Assembly: GCA_030040755.1 (NCBI GenBank)
Contig: JASHTC010000216.1
Location: 1 to 25,843, forward strand
From: Thermoplasmata archaeon
GTDB taxonomy: Archaea; Thermoplasmatota; Thermoplasmata; Lutacidiplasmatales; UBA184
Direction: 5' to 3'
Length of the DNA stretch: 25,843 nt
Within the stretch, counting starts at the first letter, position 1, and each line of letters opens with the position of its first letter. Under the pieces are notes generated by a model. That model ran no database searches, was not told the DNA's origin, and saw nothing but the letters and a program-made list of their open reading frames with translations. Below, piece after piece: positions 24,960 to 25,843 of this stretch. The translations under genes were made by a program, and so were the position numbers.

Positions 24960-25843
24960 GGCCGGGGGGCAGCGCAGAGAGCCTGCGGGACGCCTACGGG
25001 AGGACGCTCCTCGAGCTTGGGGAGAAGGACCCGACCCTCGTCGTCCTGGACGCCGACCGCTCCGGCTCGACCCGGACGATGCCGTTCGGCCAGAAGTACC
25101 CGGACCGGTTCTTCAACGTCGGGGAGATGGCCCCCACGATGATGTCCATCGCCGCCGGGCTCGCGCTCTCCGGACGGGTCGCCTACGCGAGCACCTTCGC
25201 GGTCTGGGCGGCCGGCCAGGCCTACCACCACGTGCGGCAATCGATCTGCTACAACCGCGCCAACGTCAAGATCGTCGCGACCCACGGCGGTCTCCTTACC
25301 GGCGGGGACGGGGGCCCCCACCAGATGGTGGAGGACATCGGGCTGATGCGGGGCCTCCCGGGGATGACCGTCATCGTGCCGGCGGACGCCCCGACGACCC
25401 GGGCCGCCACCCTCGCGGTCCACGGGCACCCCGGGCCCGCCTACGTGCGACTGAGCCGCGAGAGCCTGCCGGTCGTGACCGACGGGTCGTTCCAGCTCGG
25501 GAAGGCCGCCGAGCTCCGAGCCGGCAGCGACCTCACGGTCGTGGCGGTCGGCGCCCTGGTCGCCCGCGCGCTCGCGGTCGCCGAGGAGCTGGCCCGGGTC
25601 GGGGTCTCGACCCGGGTGCTCGACTTCGCGTCCGTCAAGCCGTTCGACGAACCGGCCCTCCTGCGGGCCGCCCGCGACACCGGCGCGATCCTGGTGCTCG
25701 AGGAGCATTCGGTCCTCACCGGGGTCGGCGCGCTCGTCGCGTCCACCACGTCGGAAAACTATCCGGTGCCCGTGCGTCGCGTCGGCGTCCCGGACGTCTT
25801 CGGCGAGTCCGGTGAGCCGTGGGCCCTGCTCGACCGCTACGGG
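24956..25843 (+). CDS. Transketolase-like C-terminal (pyrimidine-binding + C-terminal domain) subunit, truncated at window edge; absent from ORF track
   Basis: Translated by hand from ATG 24956 (ATGA overlap): MRPGGSAESLRDAYG...DADRSGST...RFFNVGEMAPTMM...THGGLLTGGDGGPHQ...YVRLSR...VKPFD...EEHS...GVPDVFGESG; 296 open codons to the edge. Confidence 0.92.
   Translation, partial: MRPGGSAESLRDAYGRTLLELGEKDPTLVVLDADRSGSTRTMPFGQKYPDRFFNVGEMAPTMMSIAAGLALSGRVAYASTFAVWAAGQAYHHVRQSICYNRANVKIVATHGGLLTGGDGGPHQMVEDIGLMRGLPGMTVIVPADAPTTRAATLAVHGHPGPAYVRLSRESLPVVTDGSFQLGKAAELRAGSDLTVVAVGALVARALAVAEELARVGVSTRVLDFASVKPFDEPALLRAARDTGAILVLEEHSVLTGVGALVASTTSENYPVPVRRVGVPDVFGESGEPWALLDRYG

Noticed and set aside
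143-25749. Many long Arg/Pro/Gly-rich alternative-frame and antisense ORFs in the track (e.g. 2471..4282, 5782..7626, 8310..11240, 19701..22982)
   Set aside because: They shadow genes with clear family motifs; stop-free frames are expected at about 70% GC with strong third-position GC bias.
24108-25843. Transketolase pair as a pseudogene
   Set aside because: No stop or frameshift, ATGA coupling is preserved, structural motifs are intact, and substitutions cluster at specific functional sites rather than at random.
1-25843. CRISPR array, tandem repeats, or CTAG scarcity as a methyltransferase footprint
   Set aside because: No regularly spaced repeats seen. CTAG looks rare by eye, but this is common in GC-rich prokaryotes and I could not count it against a null model.

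Overview
Very GC-rich (roughly 70% by eye) archaeal chromosomal window. Archaeal assignment rests on eS1/rps3ae, TATA-box promoters and tRNAs with 37/38 introns. The solitary 5S rRNA, split transketolase, bacterial-type Adk and tricorn-interacting-factor-like M1 peptidase suggest a Thermoplasmata member (inference; possibly a high-GC soil or peat lineage). Contents: three tRNAs (Met-CAT and Tyr-GTA with introns, Gly-CCC), a 5S rRNA, rps3ae, a ChlI-like AAA+/vWA pair, an orphan beta-class N4-cytosine DNA methyltransferase, a five-gene type IV pilus operon (large pilin-like protein, two ATPases, two TadC/FlaJ-like platform proteins), an ACT protein, a membrane protein, a histidine phosphatase, adk, pyrH, rpiA, an enoyl-CoA hydratase plus a compact BoxB/PaaA-like di-iron protein, an MvaD-like decarboxylase, a PaaI thioesterase, an M1 aminopeptidase, nfo and a two-subunit transketolase-like pair (second subunit truncated and absent from the ORF track). 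I see no integrase, transposase or CRISPR array. The most striking signal is the transketolase-like pair. It is intact and translationally coupled, keeps its metal/diphosphate and sugar-phosphate ligands, but has lost the glutamates and other contacts that bind and activate the aminopyrimidine ring of thiamine diphosphate. All family calls come from motif recognition and remembered consensus sequences; no database search was run.
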